Below are positions 49,230 through 58,850 of a stretch of DNA of 64,000 bases, in pieces. This DNA comes from an uncultured Polyangiaceae bacterium (GTDB lineage Bacteria; Desulfobacterota; Binatia; UTPRO1): the NCBI GenBank assembly GCA_964631985.1, contig CAZWAX010000002.1, positions 2,129 through 66,128 of the forward strand. The letters run 5' to 3'. The position numbers and the translations under genes are program-made. Position 1 is the stretch's first letter; each line of letters starts with the position of its first letter. The notes beneath the pieces were generated by a model, which searched no databases, had not been told where the DNA came from, and saw nothing but the letters and a program-made list of their open reading frames with translations.

Positions 49230-50864
49230 ATGAACGACATGATGCCAACCGACGCACGCAGCGCGCGGGGAGTCGCGCCCGCCATCGACGCCGGAGGCCC
49301 TACCGCAGCACCATCGGAGCGTATCGCTCGGGCGCTTCACCTGGCAGTGGAGGGTCTGTTCCCATTGCTCGGCGAGAAATTCTTCCCCGCGTTGGTGCGG
49401 CATCTTGTCGGGGCTCTGCAAACTCGCTTCGCGTTCGTCTCCGAGCTCCATGAGTCGATCCCCGGGCGTTGTCGGGTGAATGCCTTTTGGGATGGAACGA
49501 AAGTGGGAGCGTGTTTCGAGTACGACGTGAAGGGCACGCCGTGCGAGCAGGTGTTGGAGCGCGGGTTTGCGTATCATTCCTTCGGCGTGCGGACGTTGTT
49601 TCCTCAAGACTCGTGGTTGAATGGGCACGGGATCGAAGGCTACCTGGCCGTGGCCTTGTACGATCCCAGCGGCCAACCGATCGGGCACCTGGGCGTGATG
49701 CATGACGCGCCCCTTCTGGATGGCATGTCGTGCGTCCCACTTCTCAAGGTGTTCGCCGCCCGCGCCGGCGCGGAGATCGACCGGCGGCGCGCAGAAGCGG
49801 CGCTTCATGAAAGCGAGGCGCGCTACCGGGGGCTCGTCGAGTCGCAGGAGGAGCTGATCGTTCGCTTCGACATGAAGGGCGGTATCACCTTTGTGAATGA
49901 GGCGTGTTGCCGATTCTACGAGAAGGCTCCCAGTGCGCTTCATGCCCAGAAGTTTCGTGCCTTGGTCTTCGACGAGGACGTCGATCTTGCGCGTGCCGCG
50001 ATCAAGAGACTCGAGATTCCACCCCACCGCGCGCGAGTCGACACCCGGACGCCAACGCCCAGGGGTCGGCGGTGGGTGGCCTGGGAGGGGTGCGCGATCA
50101 GAGACGAGGCGGGTAGGACCGTGGAGGTGCAGGTCGTCGGCCGCGACGTGACGGATCAGCACGCGGCTGCCGACAATTTGCTGGCCCTGGTGAAAACGCT
50201 TCGCGCGCGCGAATACAAGCTGCGTAGGCTGGCAGGGCGCCTGGCGACGATTCGAGATCAGGAACGTAAGCGGCTCGGTTTTGATCTTCATGACGGCGTC
50301 TGCCAGGAGCTGGCCGGAATCACGATATTCCTCGAATCGCTTCGCCGTCGGCTCCTCCCGCTACCAGCGGACACGGATGCGACGTTCGATCGTCTCACGC
50401 ACTATTTGAGCCGGCTCGGAGAGCACTTGCGAAATCTGGCCCATGACCTCCGCCCCCTTCAGCTCGAGGACCTCGGGCTCGCGAGGAGCCTGGGTGCTCT
50501 GGCGCAAGCGTTTTCGTCGGCGGAGCACCGCGTGGTCGCCTATGTTCCAACACAAGTTCCGCGGCTGAGCGAAAATGTCGAGATCGCAATCTATCGCGTT
50601 GCCCAGGAAGCCCTCACGAATGCGCTGCGCCATGCCGCGGCGCGGGAGATCGTGCTTAAACTGTCGATTACTGACAGGCGGCTGCTTTTGGAAATCAACG
50701 ACGACGGACACGGATTCGACCCAAGCTCTCACACCGCCTCACTCGGGCTTCTGGGTATGGAAGAGCGTGCCCTCGGGATCGGCGCTCGGCTCGACATCCA
50801 GTCGACGGTGGGGAAGGGGACGAGGATCAGCCTACGCTATCCGCTTCCCGGGAGTGTTCCGTGA
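49230..50864 (+). CDS. sensor histidine kinase with GAF and PAS domains (HisKA_3/NarL-type)
   Basis: H-box RKRLGFDLHDGVCQELAGI, N-box EALTNALRHA, G-box DDGHGFD...GLLGMEERA. No TM segments. Confidence 0.85.
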   Translation: MNDMMPTDARSARGVAPAIDAGGPTAAPSERIARALHLAVEGLFPLLGEKFFPALVRHLVGALQTRFAFVSELHESIPGRCRVNAFWDGTKVGACFEYDVKGTPCEQVLERGFAYHSFGVRTLFPQDSWLNGHGIEGYLAVALYDPSGQPIGHLGVMHDAPLLDGMSCVPLLKVFAARAGAEIDRRRAEAALHESEARYRGLVESQEELIVRFDMKGGITFVNEACCRFYEKAPSALHAQKFRALVFDEDVDLARAAIKRLEIPPHRARVDTRTPTPRGRRWVAWEGCAIRDEAGRTVEVQVVGRDVTDQHAAADNLLALVKTLRAREYKLRRLAGRLATIRDQERKRLGFDLHDGVCQELAGITIFLESLRRRLLPLPADTDATFDRLTHYLSRLGEHLRNLAHDLRPLQLEDLGLARSLGALAQAFSSAEHRVVAYVPTQVPRLSENVEIAIYRVAQEALTNALRHAAAREIVLKLSITDRRLLLEINDDGHGFDPSSHTASLGLLGMEERALGIGARLDIQSTVGKGTRISLRYPLPGSVP

Positions 50865-51001
50865 ATACCCCCTGAGGCTGGGCCGACATTTCCATAACGC
50901 CACCGAGAAAGGGTGACATTTCTGTCACCCGGCGCGTCAGCGTCCTTCGGTCAGCGAACCGATGGGACCCGTGGAGAGCGCGCAAGCATCTGGCATCGCG
51001 A

Positions 51002-51664
51002 TTGCTCTTACTCGGCATGGATTCCGAGGAAGCGCAGGACCGGCGCCCGATTCCTCGGCACTTCCCTGACTTCCGCGCTGCCCGGCGCAGACTGCTCGTC
51101 GGCCAGAGTCTGATGGTGGTCGGCGTTGTGTGGGGGCTAGCTCTCGCCTATGCTTTGTGGGTTTGGCTGCTCGACCCACTGCAGCGTTCGTGGGTCTTCT
51201 TCTGCTACGCGTGGGAGGTCCCGCTTGTCGGCGGGCTCGCCACAGTCGGGCTGCCGGTATGGTGGCTGACGGAGATCGAGCGTTGTCATCGCGCCCGCAG
51301 GCCCGAGGATGAGCCGCCGGACGCGGAGCACATCGCGGCGATGCTGGTCTGGTTTCCCACCCGCGTCGCCGTGACGTGTTTCGCCGCCAGCGTGATCGGG
51401 TATGCGCTCGGTGGTGTCCAGCTGAGAACCTTCGCAAATCTTCCGTGGGCCGAACTCGAGAAGCTCGGGACGCTCGGGATGGTCACCGATGGGCGAGCGG
51501 CCGATCGCTACGGGCCGGCATCTACGGACGACACCACCGAACACGCGGAAGGTTGCTATCTTTCACGCCGGCGGCGACCCAGTCGGGGATGTCGAAGTCG
51601 ACGTTCAAGGTGGCCATTGGAGCGGTCCCCTACCCTGAAATCTCGTGTTGCTTACGCATCATAA
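51002..51664 (+). CDS. hypothetical membrane protein (3 predicted TM helices), possibly a fragment
   Basis: Three hydrophobic stretches. The C-terminal tail is Arg/Ser-rich low complexity. No recognisable domain. Confidence 0.3.
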   Translation: MLLLGMDSEEAQDRRPIPRHFPDFRAARRRLLVGQSLMVVGVVWGLALAYALWVWLLDPLQRSWVFFCYAWEVPLVGGLATVGLPVWWLTEIERCHRARRPEDEPPDAEHIAAMLVWFPTRVAVTCFAASVIGYALGGVQLRTFANLPWAELEKLGTLGMVTDGRAADRYGPASTDDTTEHAEGCYLSRRRRPSRGCRSRRSRWPLERSPTLKSRVAYAS

Positions 51665-51684
51665 GGTGCTGGTTATGATGCACT
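51621..51684. repeat. ~60-bp imperfect direct repeat copy A (att-like), with internal hairpin gcatcataa/ttatgatgc
   Basis: agcggtcccctaccctgaaatctcgtgttgcttacgcatcataaggtgctggttatgatgcact matches 60243-60305 at roughly 80%. Shared blocks agcggtcccctac, ttgcttacgcatcataa, ttatgat. Confidence 0.7.
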
Positions 51685-51835
51685 AGCGGCGGAGGGCCTT
51701 GAGCCACGGACGTTTCCGAGGCGTGGCCGGCAAGCCCGGCGGTAGGGCACCTTGCGCCTCGCGGCGAAGCGCGGCGTAGAACGGGTAGAGATTCTGACGG
51801 ACCTCTGGGAGGAACGGATTGGACCCCAGTCATGG

Positions 51836-52510
51836 CTATCTCGCTTTCCCCACTCGCGGCCGCGTTCGTCGAGCAGTTGCCACCGCCGACGGGCTGAAGA
51901 GCGCGGAGACCAGCTCGTCCGCCGCGGGTAGCAGAGTCTCGAACGATTCCTCTGGCGTCCGGGTGATCCAGTCCGTAGCGGCAGCCGTCAGGATGCCCAC
52001 GAGAGCAACCGCCGCGAGCCGCGGATGGAGAGTCGAACGAAAAGCGCCTGCGCGAATCCCCTCGCGGCATGTTCCCTCAAGGAACTCGAGAAACGCCAGA
52101 TGGTGATCGTGGACCTGTTCGCCCAACTCGGCTTTGACGTTCCAGAGGAAGCCGCCGGTCACGTGCACGTAGATTTGGAAGAGGTGCTTGCGCGCGCCAA
52201 AGAAGTCGAAGAAGGCTCGGACCAGACGCTCAACTTTTTCGGGCGGTGATGTCACCTGCATCATCGCGTCGCGCAGGTGCTGCGCTATCTGGGGGAGCCG
52301 TCGCTCGACCACTGCGGCAAAGAGCGCATCCTTGCTGTCAAAGATCGTATACAGCGTGCCCGTCGCGTACTCGGCTTCACGCGCGATCTCCTGCATCGTC
52401 GCCTCGTGAAACCCCTTGCGAGCGAAGACGCGCTCGGCGACGTCGAGGACTTGATCCCGCCGCCACTCAAGCGCCCGTTGCTGTCGGGATAGCGGCTTCG
52501 GTTGGGTCAT
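51836..52510 (-). CDS. TetR family transcriptional regulator
   Basis: HTH (ATMQEIAREAEYATGTLYTIF). Start at the internal Met (MTQPKPL). Divergent from the MBL/X/ferritin/Z operon. Confidence 0.8.
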   Translation of the reverse strand: MTQPKPLSRQQRALEWRRDQVLDVAERVFARKGFHEATMQEIAREAEYATGTLYTIFDSKDALFAAVVERRLPQIAQHLRDAMMQVTSPPEKVERLVRAFFDFFGARKHLFQIYVHVTGGFLWNVKAELGEQVHDHHLAFLEFLEGTCREGIRAGAFRSTLHPRLAAVALVGILTAAATDWITRTPEESFETLLPAADELVSALFSPSAVATARRTRPRVGKAR

Positions 52511-52703
52511 CAGTGGAGGGCCTCCCCGAAGGCGGCCGTGACATCGCCGAGCCGCACGAATTCCTCCCCCACAGTCATCTTCGATCCCGACCGCCAAGGA
52601 CGGACCATTGGGGCCGCGCGCCACTCTAAGAGAGTCACTCGTGTATAGTCTACGTCGGCATTGACTTACTTGCAATGCTCTCCTAGAAACTGAATTCTCG
52701 TTC

Positions 52704-54050
52704 ATGGCGGACCAACTTGAAGCGCGGATCACGTGGCGGTTGGTGGCGACCAAGGCGGGCGACCTCCGTCTGTATCGGGTCGACGCTGCACCCCTCGGCC
52801 TCGCCACGCCCGGTCGCGACTTCGACCCGCTCGACCTGCTCCTCGCCCAATTTCCGAACCCCAGCACGGCACAGGTTCGTTCCGAGTTCGCGGAGGCGGG
52901 TGCGCCCGTCGGCGCGAGCTCGCTCGAGGTCGCGTGTCACGTGGTGTCGACACCCGACACTATGTTGATCGTCGACTCGACGTTCCGGCGCACGGCACCG
53001 CATGTCTTTCCGCGCGTGCTCGAGGAGATCGCCCGCCACGAGTCGCGTCACACAGGATCGCGGCCAATCGAGGTTCTCTACACGCACGCGCACTTCGACC
53101 ATGCGGGCGGCCGGGCCGCGATCGAGGGACTCGGCGCCGGCGTGACGACGCTCGCGCACCCCTACACTCGCGCGCTCTTCCCACTCGTGAGCCGCCCGGA
53201 GACGATGTTCCGGTCGAAAGGGCAGTTCCTGCGCGATTGCGGCATCACGCCACCGATGGAAGAGCTGTTCGCCGGCTACAGCGCAGCCCGCGAGCAACTC
53301 CTCGACCGGGCGCCCCGCCACCTAGACCTCGGACTTTTTCGGAGCGCGGAGGAGTCAGGGCTCCGCGTCGACCGAGTCATCGACCCAGCGGTCGAGCCCG
53401 TTGCGCTCCTTGGTGGGCGCGCCGAGGTGCTCCGCTTTGACGGCCACATTCCCGGCCATCTGTGCCTCCTGGTCGACGGCGGGCATCTCATCACCGGCGA
53501 CATGTGGCTCCCGGCGACGACCTCCACCGTCACGCCCGGCAGCCTCGCGGCGCAGGTCGGTGTCCCGGCGGAGACGTGTGGGGTGCTTCGCTATCTCGAA
53601 TCGAGCGAACGACTCCTCGCCGCTCCACTCGACAACTGCCTTTCCTATCCCAGTCACGAGGACATTTTTCGCAACCCGAAGCGGATGGCGCTGCGCGATC
53701 TGGAGGTCGTCGCAGCGAGCGCTGACCACGTCTATCGTGTGCTCGAGGAGCATCGCGCCCTCCCCATGCGGGTGCTTGACCTCACCTGGGGCGGCACGAG
53801 TCGCCTCCCGATCTGGAAGCTTCGGGGGAGCAAGTACCGTCTCCTGCTCGCACATGACGAGGCTACAGCGTGGGTCGAGGACCTGCTCCGGGCGGGAGAC
53901 CTGCGCGAGGTCGAGCCCGAGCGCTACGTATGGTCGGGCGGACGAACGCTGTGGCAGCGCGTCCACGAAGCCCGGGAACGTGCCCGTGCGCTGCATGGAG
54001 CTCTCGAGTTCCGGAGCCGTGGGCGTGCAAACATGCAGCCGGCGCCCTGA
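52704..54050 (+). CDS. MBL-fold metallo-hydrolase with long C-terminal extension
   Basis: YTHAHFDHAGG motif. Same architecture as 39213-40328. Confidence 0.75.
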   Translation: MADQLEARITWRLVATKAGDLRLYRVDAAPLGLATPGRDFDPLDLLLAQFPNPSTAQVRSEFAEAGAPVGASSLEVACHVVSTPDTMLIVDSTFRRTAPHVFPRVLEEIARHESRHTGSRPIEVLYTHAHFDHAGGRAAIEGLGAGVTTLAHPYTRALFPLVSRPETMFRSKGQFLRDCGITPPMEELFAGYSAAREQLLDRAPRHLDLGLFRSAEESGLRVDRVIDPAVEPVALLGGRAEVLRFDGHIPGHLCLLVDGGHLITGDMWLPATTSTVTPGSLAAQVGVPAETCGVLRYLESSERLLAAPLDNCLSYPSHEDIFRNPKRMALRDLEVVAASADHVYRVLEEHRALPMRVLDLTWGGTSRLPIWKLRGSKYRLLLAHDEATAWVEDLLRAGDLREVEPERYVWSGGRTLWQRVHEARERARALHGALEFRSRGRANMQPAP

Positions 54051-54068
54051 GCGCCATGAGGTGAGCGG

Positions 54069-55145
54069 ATGAAGCTCAGCTACACGAACGATGAGATCAT
54101 GGCCGAGGCGGACTACGCGTCTCGCCTCCGCTGCGGCAAGGTGCTCTTTCACGGTGGGCTCGACGCCCGGGGTCGCTACGTTCCGCCCCGGTCGCGTAAC
54201 CGCCTGGCGGCCATTGCCGCCTGGACGGAGCGACTGCGTTCCGAAGGCCACGCGACGCAGGTGGTGACGATGGCGCAGGTCGAGCGCGAGTTCTTCCCGA
54301 ACGTCGCGCAGAGCAAGTGTCTGCTGCGACACGGCGCGCGCGACGCGATGACGCGCATGCTGACGCTCATCGGCATCACGGAGGGGTTCGGCAACGACGG
54401 CATCAAGATCATGCCGCGCCTCGATCTCCAGCAGTTCTTCAAGGAATCCATCGCCGACACCTGTCTCGCCCACCTACACGGCGGCCTCTTCGAGGCGCAC
54501 GGCAACGACGAGGCGGGGCGTGGTGAGGAGGCAGGCCACGACGTGATGTGGTTCCAGATCCGGGACGCAGCGCTCGAGAACCCGCGCATCACGCCCGACA
54601 TGTTCGAGAGTCTGCCGATCGCGCCGCCACCAGGCTACACCGGACCCGCAAAACCATCACCCGATGCGCTGAGCGTGGGCGATCTCGTCGAGCGGGCGGT
54701 GCCAGCGCTGGACCCCATGCTCGAGATCCTCCTATCCGCGCTGGCACAGATCCTAGTCATCGAGCTCATGGCCTACTCGACCTTCCGCTGGGCCCAGGAG
54801 GTTCTCGCCGACGCCGAGTGCTCGGCCGCTCCAGCGTTCGCACCGCAGATGGTCGACTACATCCAGGCTGACGAGAACATCCACGTGAGCTACCTCCAGT
54901 GCGCGCTCGCTGAGGCCCGGGCCCGGACGCTCATCGCCCAGGAGGGGCGGGAGCTGCCGGGGACGCACGTCGTCGACACGATCTGCGATCGAATCGTCCG
55001 TCGGAACACCGGCAGCCGGTGGGAGCGGATGATGGCGTACCGGATGAACCAGATTCGCAAGGAGATGGCCGCCCGTCCCGACGGCGAGCGGATCCTCGCC
55101 GAGTTCGCAGCCCTCGGCCCCGTTCCCCAGGCGGCAGCGGCCTGA
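54069..55145 (+). CDS. hypothetical protein X (unknown function; paralog of 1959-3053)
   Basis: 358 aa. Conserved blocks shared with 1959-3053. Repeated E/H-containing motifs (EAHGNDE, ADENIHV) hint at metal binding. Confidence 0.75.
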   Translation: MKLSYTNDEIMAEADYASRLRCGKVLFHGGLDARGRYVPPRSRNRLAAIAAWTERLRSEGHATQVVTMAQVEREFFPNVAQSKCLLRHGARDAMTRMLTLIGITEGFGNDGIKIMPRLDLQQFFKESIADTCLAHLHGGLFEAHGNDEAGRGEEAGHDVMWFQIRDAALENPRITPDMFESLPIAPPPGYTGPAKPSPDALSVGDLVERAVPALDPMLEILLSALAQILVIELMAYSTFRWAQEVLADAECSAAPAFAPQMVDYIQADENIHVSYLQCALAEARARTLIAQEGRELPGTHVVDTICDRIVRRNTGSRWERMMAYRMNQIRKEMAARPDGERILAEFAALGPVPQAAAA

Positions 55146-55170
55146 ACGAACCATCATACGGAGGTAACCC

Positions 55171-56130
55171 ATGCGCCGCTTCATTACCCACGACGAGCTG
55201 GCCCGCGACCGCCGGTTCATACGGCAAAATCTGATCGCGGACCTGATGGCCTCGCTTCCCGACGACGTCGACACCGTGGTCGAGGCGTTCGAAAACCTCG
55301 GACCGATGATCGCGGTGTCGGTGCAAACGACACCATTGGCCGAGGTCTTCGACGCCTACGGCCCGGGCTTCCTCCTCACCATCCTGAACGAGCCGCTCGA
55401 CCCTGACGATCCGGTCGCGCTGTTGCGTCTCAAAGTGCGCATGCACGGCATCTTCATGGGCGAGATGCAGGCGCTCGAGGGGGCCGGGCGGACGCTCTGG
55501 GACTTCCCGGACGCGCCGTGGGAGTTCAAGATGAACATGGCTCGGCAGTGTTGGGACGAGGCGCGCCACGTGCAGATCTACGAGAAGCTCCTCACGCACG
55601 TGGGCGGCACGGTCGGGATGTTCCCGGAGAGCACGTTTCTCTTCGAGGCCGCCTGCGCAGATGACCCGGTCCTGCGCGTCGCCGGCGTGAATCGTGGCCT
55701 TGAGGGCCTCGCCTGCGACGTCTTCCGCGACATGATCCGCTATGCCGAGAAGACCGGCGACGAAGTCCTGAGACAGGCGGTGGACTACGTGCTCGCCGAC
55801 GAGCTGACGCACGTGCGCTTCGGGAGCGAATGGGTGAAGGAGTTCACCCGGGACGACCCCGAGCGCGCGGCACGAGCCAAGGAGTTCCAGCTCGCGGTGG
55901 ACAAGAAGTTCAGCATCGGCGGCACCCGCTCGGGGCGCGAGGACGCCTCGATCCCGGTCGCCGTCGCCGACCGCAAGGAGGCCGGCTTCACCGACGGCGA
56001 GATCGAGGATCTCTACCGCGTGTCGGCGGAGGGACCGACGCGGCCGACGCTCCGGAAGGCGGCCGCGATCCTGCGCGAGCGGCACCTCGCGCGGAAGGCG
56101 GCCCAGGCCGTGGAGGCGGAGCGCTCATGA
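55171..56130 (+). CDS. ferritin-like domain protein (putative diiron-carboxylate protein)
   Basis: CWDEARHVQIYEKLL and ADELTHVRFGSEW (ExxH motifs). GGAGGT RBS. ATGA overlap with the next gene. Confidence 0.7.
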   Translation: MRRFITHDELARDRRFIRQNLIADLMASLPDDVDTVVEAFENLGPMIAVSVQTTPLAEVFDAYGPGFLLTILNEPLDPDDPVALLRLKVRMHGIFMGEMQALEGAGRTLWDFPDAPWEFKMNMARQCWDEARHVQIYEKLLTHVGGTVGMFPESTFLFEAACADDPVLRVAGVNRGLEGLACDVFRDMIRYAEKTGDEVLRQAVDYVLADELTHVRFGSEWVKEFTRDDPERAARAKEFQLAVDKKFSIGGTRSGREDASIPVAVADRKEAGFTDGEIEDLYRVSAEGPTRPTLRKAAAILRERHLARKAAQAVEAERS

Positions 56131-56795
56131 CCGCCGAGGCGCGCCGCTACCCCGGGCACCGAGACGACGAGCGGACCCCTTTCGAGCCATACTCGGCGTT
56201 CGACATTCCGGCCGACCTCCGTGCGCTCCACGGGCGGTTCGACGTCGAGGCGACCGCGCGGCGGGTACGCAATTTCCGCTACGCGGAGGAGTGGCTGATG
56301 ATGATCCTCGGCGGCTGGGTGGCGACGATCCCCGAGCTGCCGGTCAAGACCGGCCTTGGTAAGATCATCTGGGACACGGCGCAGGCGGCCGACGCTCTCG
56401 GCAGCCGGCTCCCGGAGCTTCGCGCTGGTCGGAATCCGAACACCGCCTCAGCGGCGGCCAACGGCGGTTTCGCCAAACTCATTCAGGCGGTCGCGGAGCC
56501 GGAGGATCCCGAGCTGACCATCGAGAAGCTCGCGGGCGTCTTCGACGTGCTGACGCCGCACGTCGTTGCCACGTACGAGTGGACGGCACGCCACACGGAT
56601 CAGATCGCGGATGCGCCCACGGTCGAGCTGCTCGACGAGATCGTACGCAGGAAGCGCCAACACCTCGCCTGGGGCCGCGAGGTACTCGAGCGCTTGTGCG
56701 ACACCGATGCGAAGAAAGAGCGTCGGCGCCTTCGGTCCCGCGTACTGAACGCACAGCTCGAGGGATGTGGCGGCATCACCGGGGAGCGCGTGTAG
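56127..56795 (+). CDS. hypothetical protein Z (unknown function, helical; a truncated paralog lies at 17856-18179)
   Basis: 222 aa. ATGA-coupled to the ferritin-like gene. Contains FRYAEEW and TYEWTARHTDQIAD blocks. Confidence 0.65.
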   Translation: MTAEARRYPGHRDDERTPFEPYSAFDIPADLRALHGRFDVEATARRVRNFRYAEEWLMMILGGWVATIPELPVKTGLGKIIWDTAQAADALGSRLPELRAGRNPNTASAAANGGFAKLIQAVAEPEDPELTIEKLAGVFDVLTPHVVATYEWTARHTDQIADAPTVELLDEIVRRKRQHLAWGREVLERLCDTDAKKERRRLRSRVLNAQLEGCGGITGERV

Positions 56796-57250
56796 TGCCG
56801 CTCACCACCGCCCCGAAGTTCGATCAGTTCGATCAAGCCATCGCCCAGGCGTTTCTGAACGCCAGCGAGGTTGCGAGCGGGTTGCCGGGATATCTCGGCG
56901 TTCGTGTCGTGGAGATCGGACCCGGGCGCCTGGTCGCATCGCTCGACGCTCGGCAGGAACTCCTGACGCCGTTTGGGACCCTCCACGGTGGCGTCATGGC
57001 GGCCTTCGTGGATCACGTCCTCGGGTGCGTCCTCTATCCCCTGATGCAGCGCGGCCAGTGGGCCGCGACGACGGAGTTCAAGCTGAACTACCTGGCTCCC
57101 GTCCGAGGTGGGACGTTGTTAGCCGAATCGACGGTCATCTCCATGGGCCGGCGCGCCGCCGTCGTGCGCGTCGAAGTCGCCAATGACGATCGCTTGGCGT
57201 GCACGGCACAGGGAACCCTCCTCATCTCCGATCCGCCCGGACGGGGGTAA
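56795..57250 (+). CDS. PaaI/4HBT-family hotdog thioesterase
   Basis: GTG start overlapping the protein-Z stop. Contains the hotdog motif LHGGVMAAFVD. Confidence 0.7.
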   Translation: MPLTTAPKFDQFDQAIAQAFLNASEVASGLPGYLGVRVVEIGPGRLVASLDARQELLTPFGTLHGGVMAAFVDHVLGCVLYPLMQRGQWAATTEFKLNYLAPVRGGTLLAESTVISMGRRAAVVRVEVANDDRLACTAQGTLLISDPPGRG

Positions 57251-57252
57251 GC

Positions 57253-58407
57253 ATGAAGGTATCACTCTTCTACCTTCCGTCGATCGGCAGCCGTGCCGAG
57301 ATCGAGCGTGGCATGGCCGGCCTTCGCGGGGACCTCTACCAGCGGATGCTGCACGAGCTCGTCGAGCAGGCCAAGATGGCGGACCAGCTCGGCTACGATT
57401 CTATTAGCTTCACGGAGCATCATTTTCACGTCGAAGGCTTTGAGTTGTCGAACAATCCGGTGATGCTCGACCTCTTCGTCGGCATGCAGACCAAGCACAT
57501 CCGCGTGGGGCAGCTCGGTATCGTCCTTCCCGCGGACAATCCGCTTCGCGTCGCGGAGGACATCGCGATGCTCGACCACATGACTGGCGGGCGCGCGAAC
57601 GCCGGGTTCGCCCGGGGGTACCAGCGCCGTTGGGTCGACGTCATGGCGCAGCAGCTCCACGGCATCCACGGAGCCCAGCCGCACCAGCACGACGCGATCG
57701 ATGAAGCCAACCGCGGCGCGTTCGAGGAGTCCTTTCGCATCATCAAGAAGGCGTGGACCGAGGACATGCTGTCCTACCAGGGTCGCTACTGGCGCATTCC
57801 GCCGGGCGAGACGCCGTGGAACGTCGAGTCGAGTCTCCGTTACGGCGCAGGAGTAGAGGACGGCATGGTGCGCGCCGTCGGCGTAGTGCCAAAGCCGCTT
57901 CAGAAGCCGCACCCTCCCATCTTTCAGCCGTTCGCATCGTCGGAGCGCAGTATCCGGTGGTGTGCGGAGGAGGGGGTGACGGCGATCCTGCCTCCGCTTC
58001 ATCCCCGACTCGAGGAGCGCCTGGTGCGCCTCTACGCGGAGGTATCGGGGAAGCCCCCGGGAGACGGCATCGGGGTGCTCCGCGACCTCATCGTGGCACC
58101 AACCGACGAGGAAGCGCTCGCGCTGTGGGCCGACAGCGGAGTCTTCTGCGGTGGGGAGTGGTTCGAGCCGTTCGGATTCTCCCGAGGTTTGGCCGATCCC
58201 GACACCGGGGAGCTCCCCGACATCCTGGGCCAGAGCCTCGCCCTCGTTGGATCGATTGACACCGTAACGAAGCAGCTCGAGGCGCTACGGACGCGCCTTC
58301 CGGTCCGCTGGTTGTTCGCCTGGACTTACAACGGGCTCGTGCCGCACGATCGAATCATGCACTCGCTATCCCGTTTCGCGACGCGCGTGTTGCCGAGAGT
58401 CTCATAG
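57253..58407 (+). CDS. LLM-class flavin-dependent oxidoreductase (luciferase-like monooxygenase)
   Basis: [11 protein letters not shown]-terminus, FTEHHF, LLM TIM-barrel pattern. Confidence 0.85.
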   Translation: MKVSLFYLPSIGSRAEIERGMAGLRGDLYQRMLHELVEQAKMADQLGYDSISFTEHHFHVEGFELSNNPVMLDLFVGMQTKHIRVGQLGIVLPADNPLRVAEDIAMLDHMTGGRANAGFARGYQRRWVDVMAQQLHGIHGAQPHQHDAIDEANRGAFEESFRIIKKAWTEDMLSYQGRYWRIPPGETPWNVESSLRYGAGVEDGMVRAVGVVPKPLQKPHPPIFQPFASSERSIRWCAEEGVTAILPPLHPRLEERLVRLYAEVSGKPPGDGIGVLRDLIVAPTDEEALALWADSGVFCGGEWFEPFGFSRGLADPDTGELPDILGQSLALVGSIDTVTKQLEALRTRLPVRWLFAWTYNGLVPHDRIMHSLSRFATRVLPRVS

Positions 58408-58502
58408 CGTCGTCGCTGCGGAGCGCACGGCGCTCAGCTTGGACGAGCGCGGGATCGGATATCCGCGGTTGCGTCGGCGACCAGATCCGAACGTCGCTTC
58501 GG

Positions 58503-58850
58503 TTACGTCGTAGCCCGCTGCGGCTGGAATTTCAGCACACCCGCTTCGGCATCTAGCTGCGGCAGCACCGTGACGATCGGCTCACGGGTTGCACGGGCCA
58601 CGGCCTCGGCGATCGAGCCGGCCCGCGCCAATTCGGCGAGATTCATGCGCGTCGGAAAGATGATCGTGCGCCGGCCCGCATCGGCCGCGGCAAGTGCCGC
58701 GTCGGGAGCGACCCATGCGGAATCGACGGACTCCGTACCATCGTGGAGGGCAAGCTGATCAGCAGGCGCGATGGCAAGGAAGAAGTGCGTGTCGTAGCGC
58801 TTCGGCATCACCTCACGGGTGATCCAATGGGCGACGGGGAAGAGTTCATC
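58503..58850 (-). pseudogene. possible NUDIX-hydrolase-like C-terminal remnant
   Basis: C-terminal tail YDTHFFLA...DGTES..AWV.P.AAL resembles the region downstream of a Nudix box. The upstream part of the ORF is low-complexity and no Nudix box is present. Confidence 0.25.

Noticed and set aside
51621-51684. Considered whether the 60-bp repeats are tRNA 3' fragments
   Set aside because: No T-loop-like GTTCGAATC or CCA-end features and no cloverleaf potential were seen. They are kept as att-like repeats instead.
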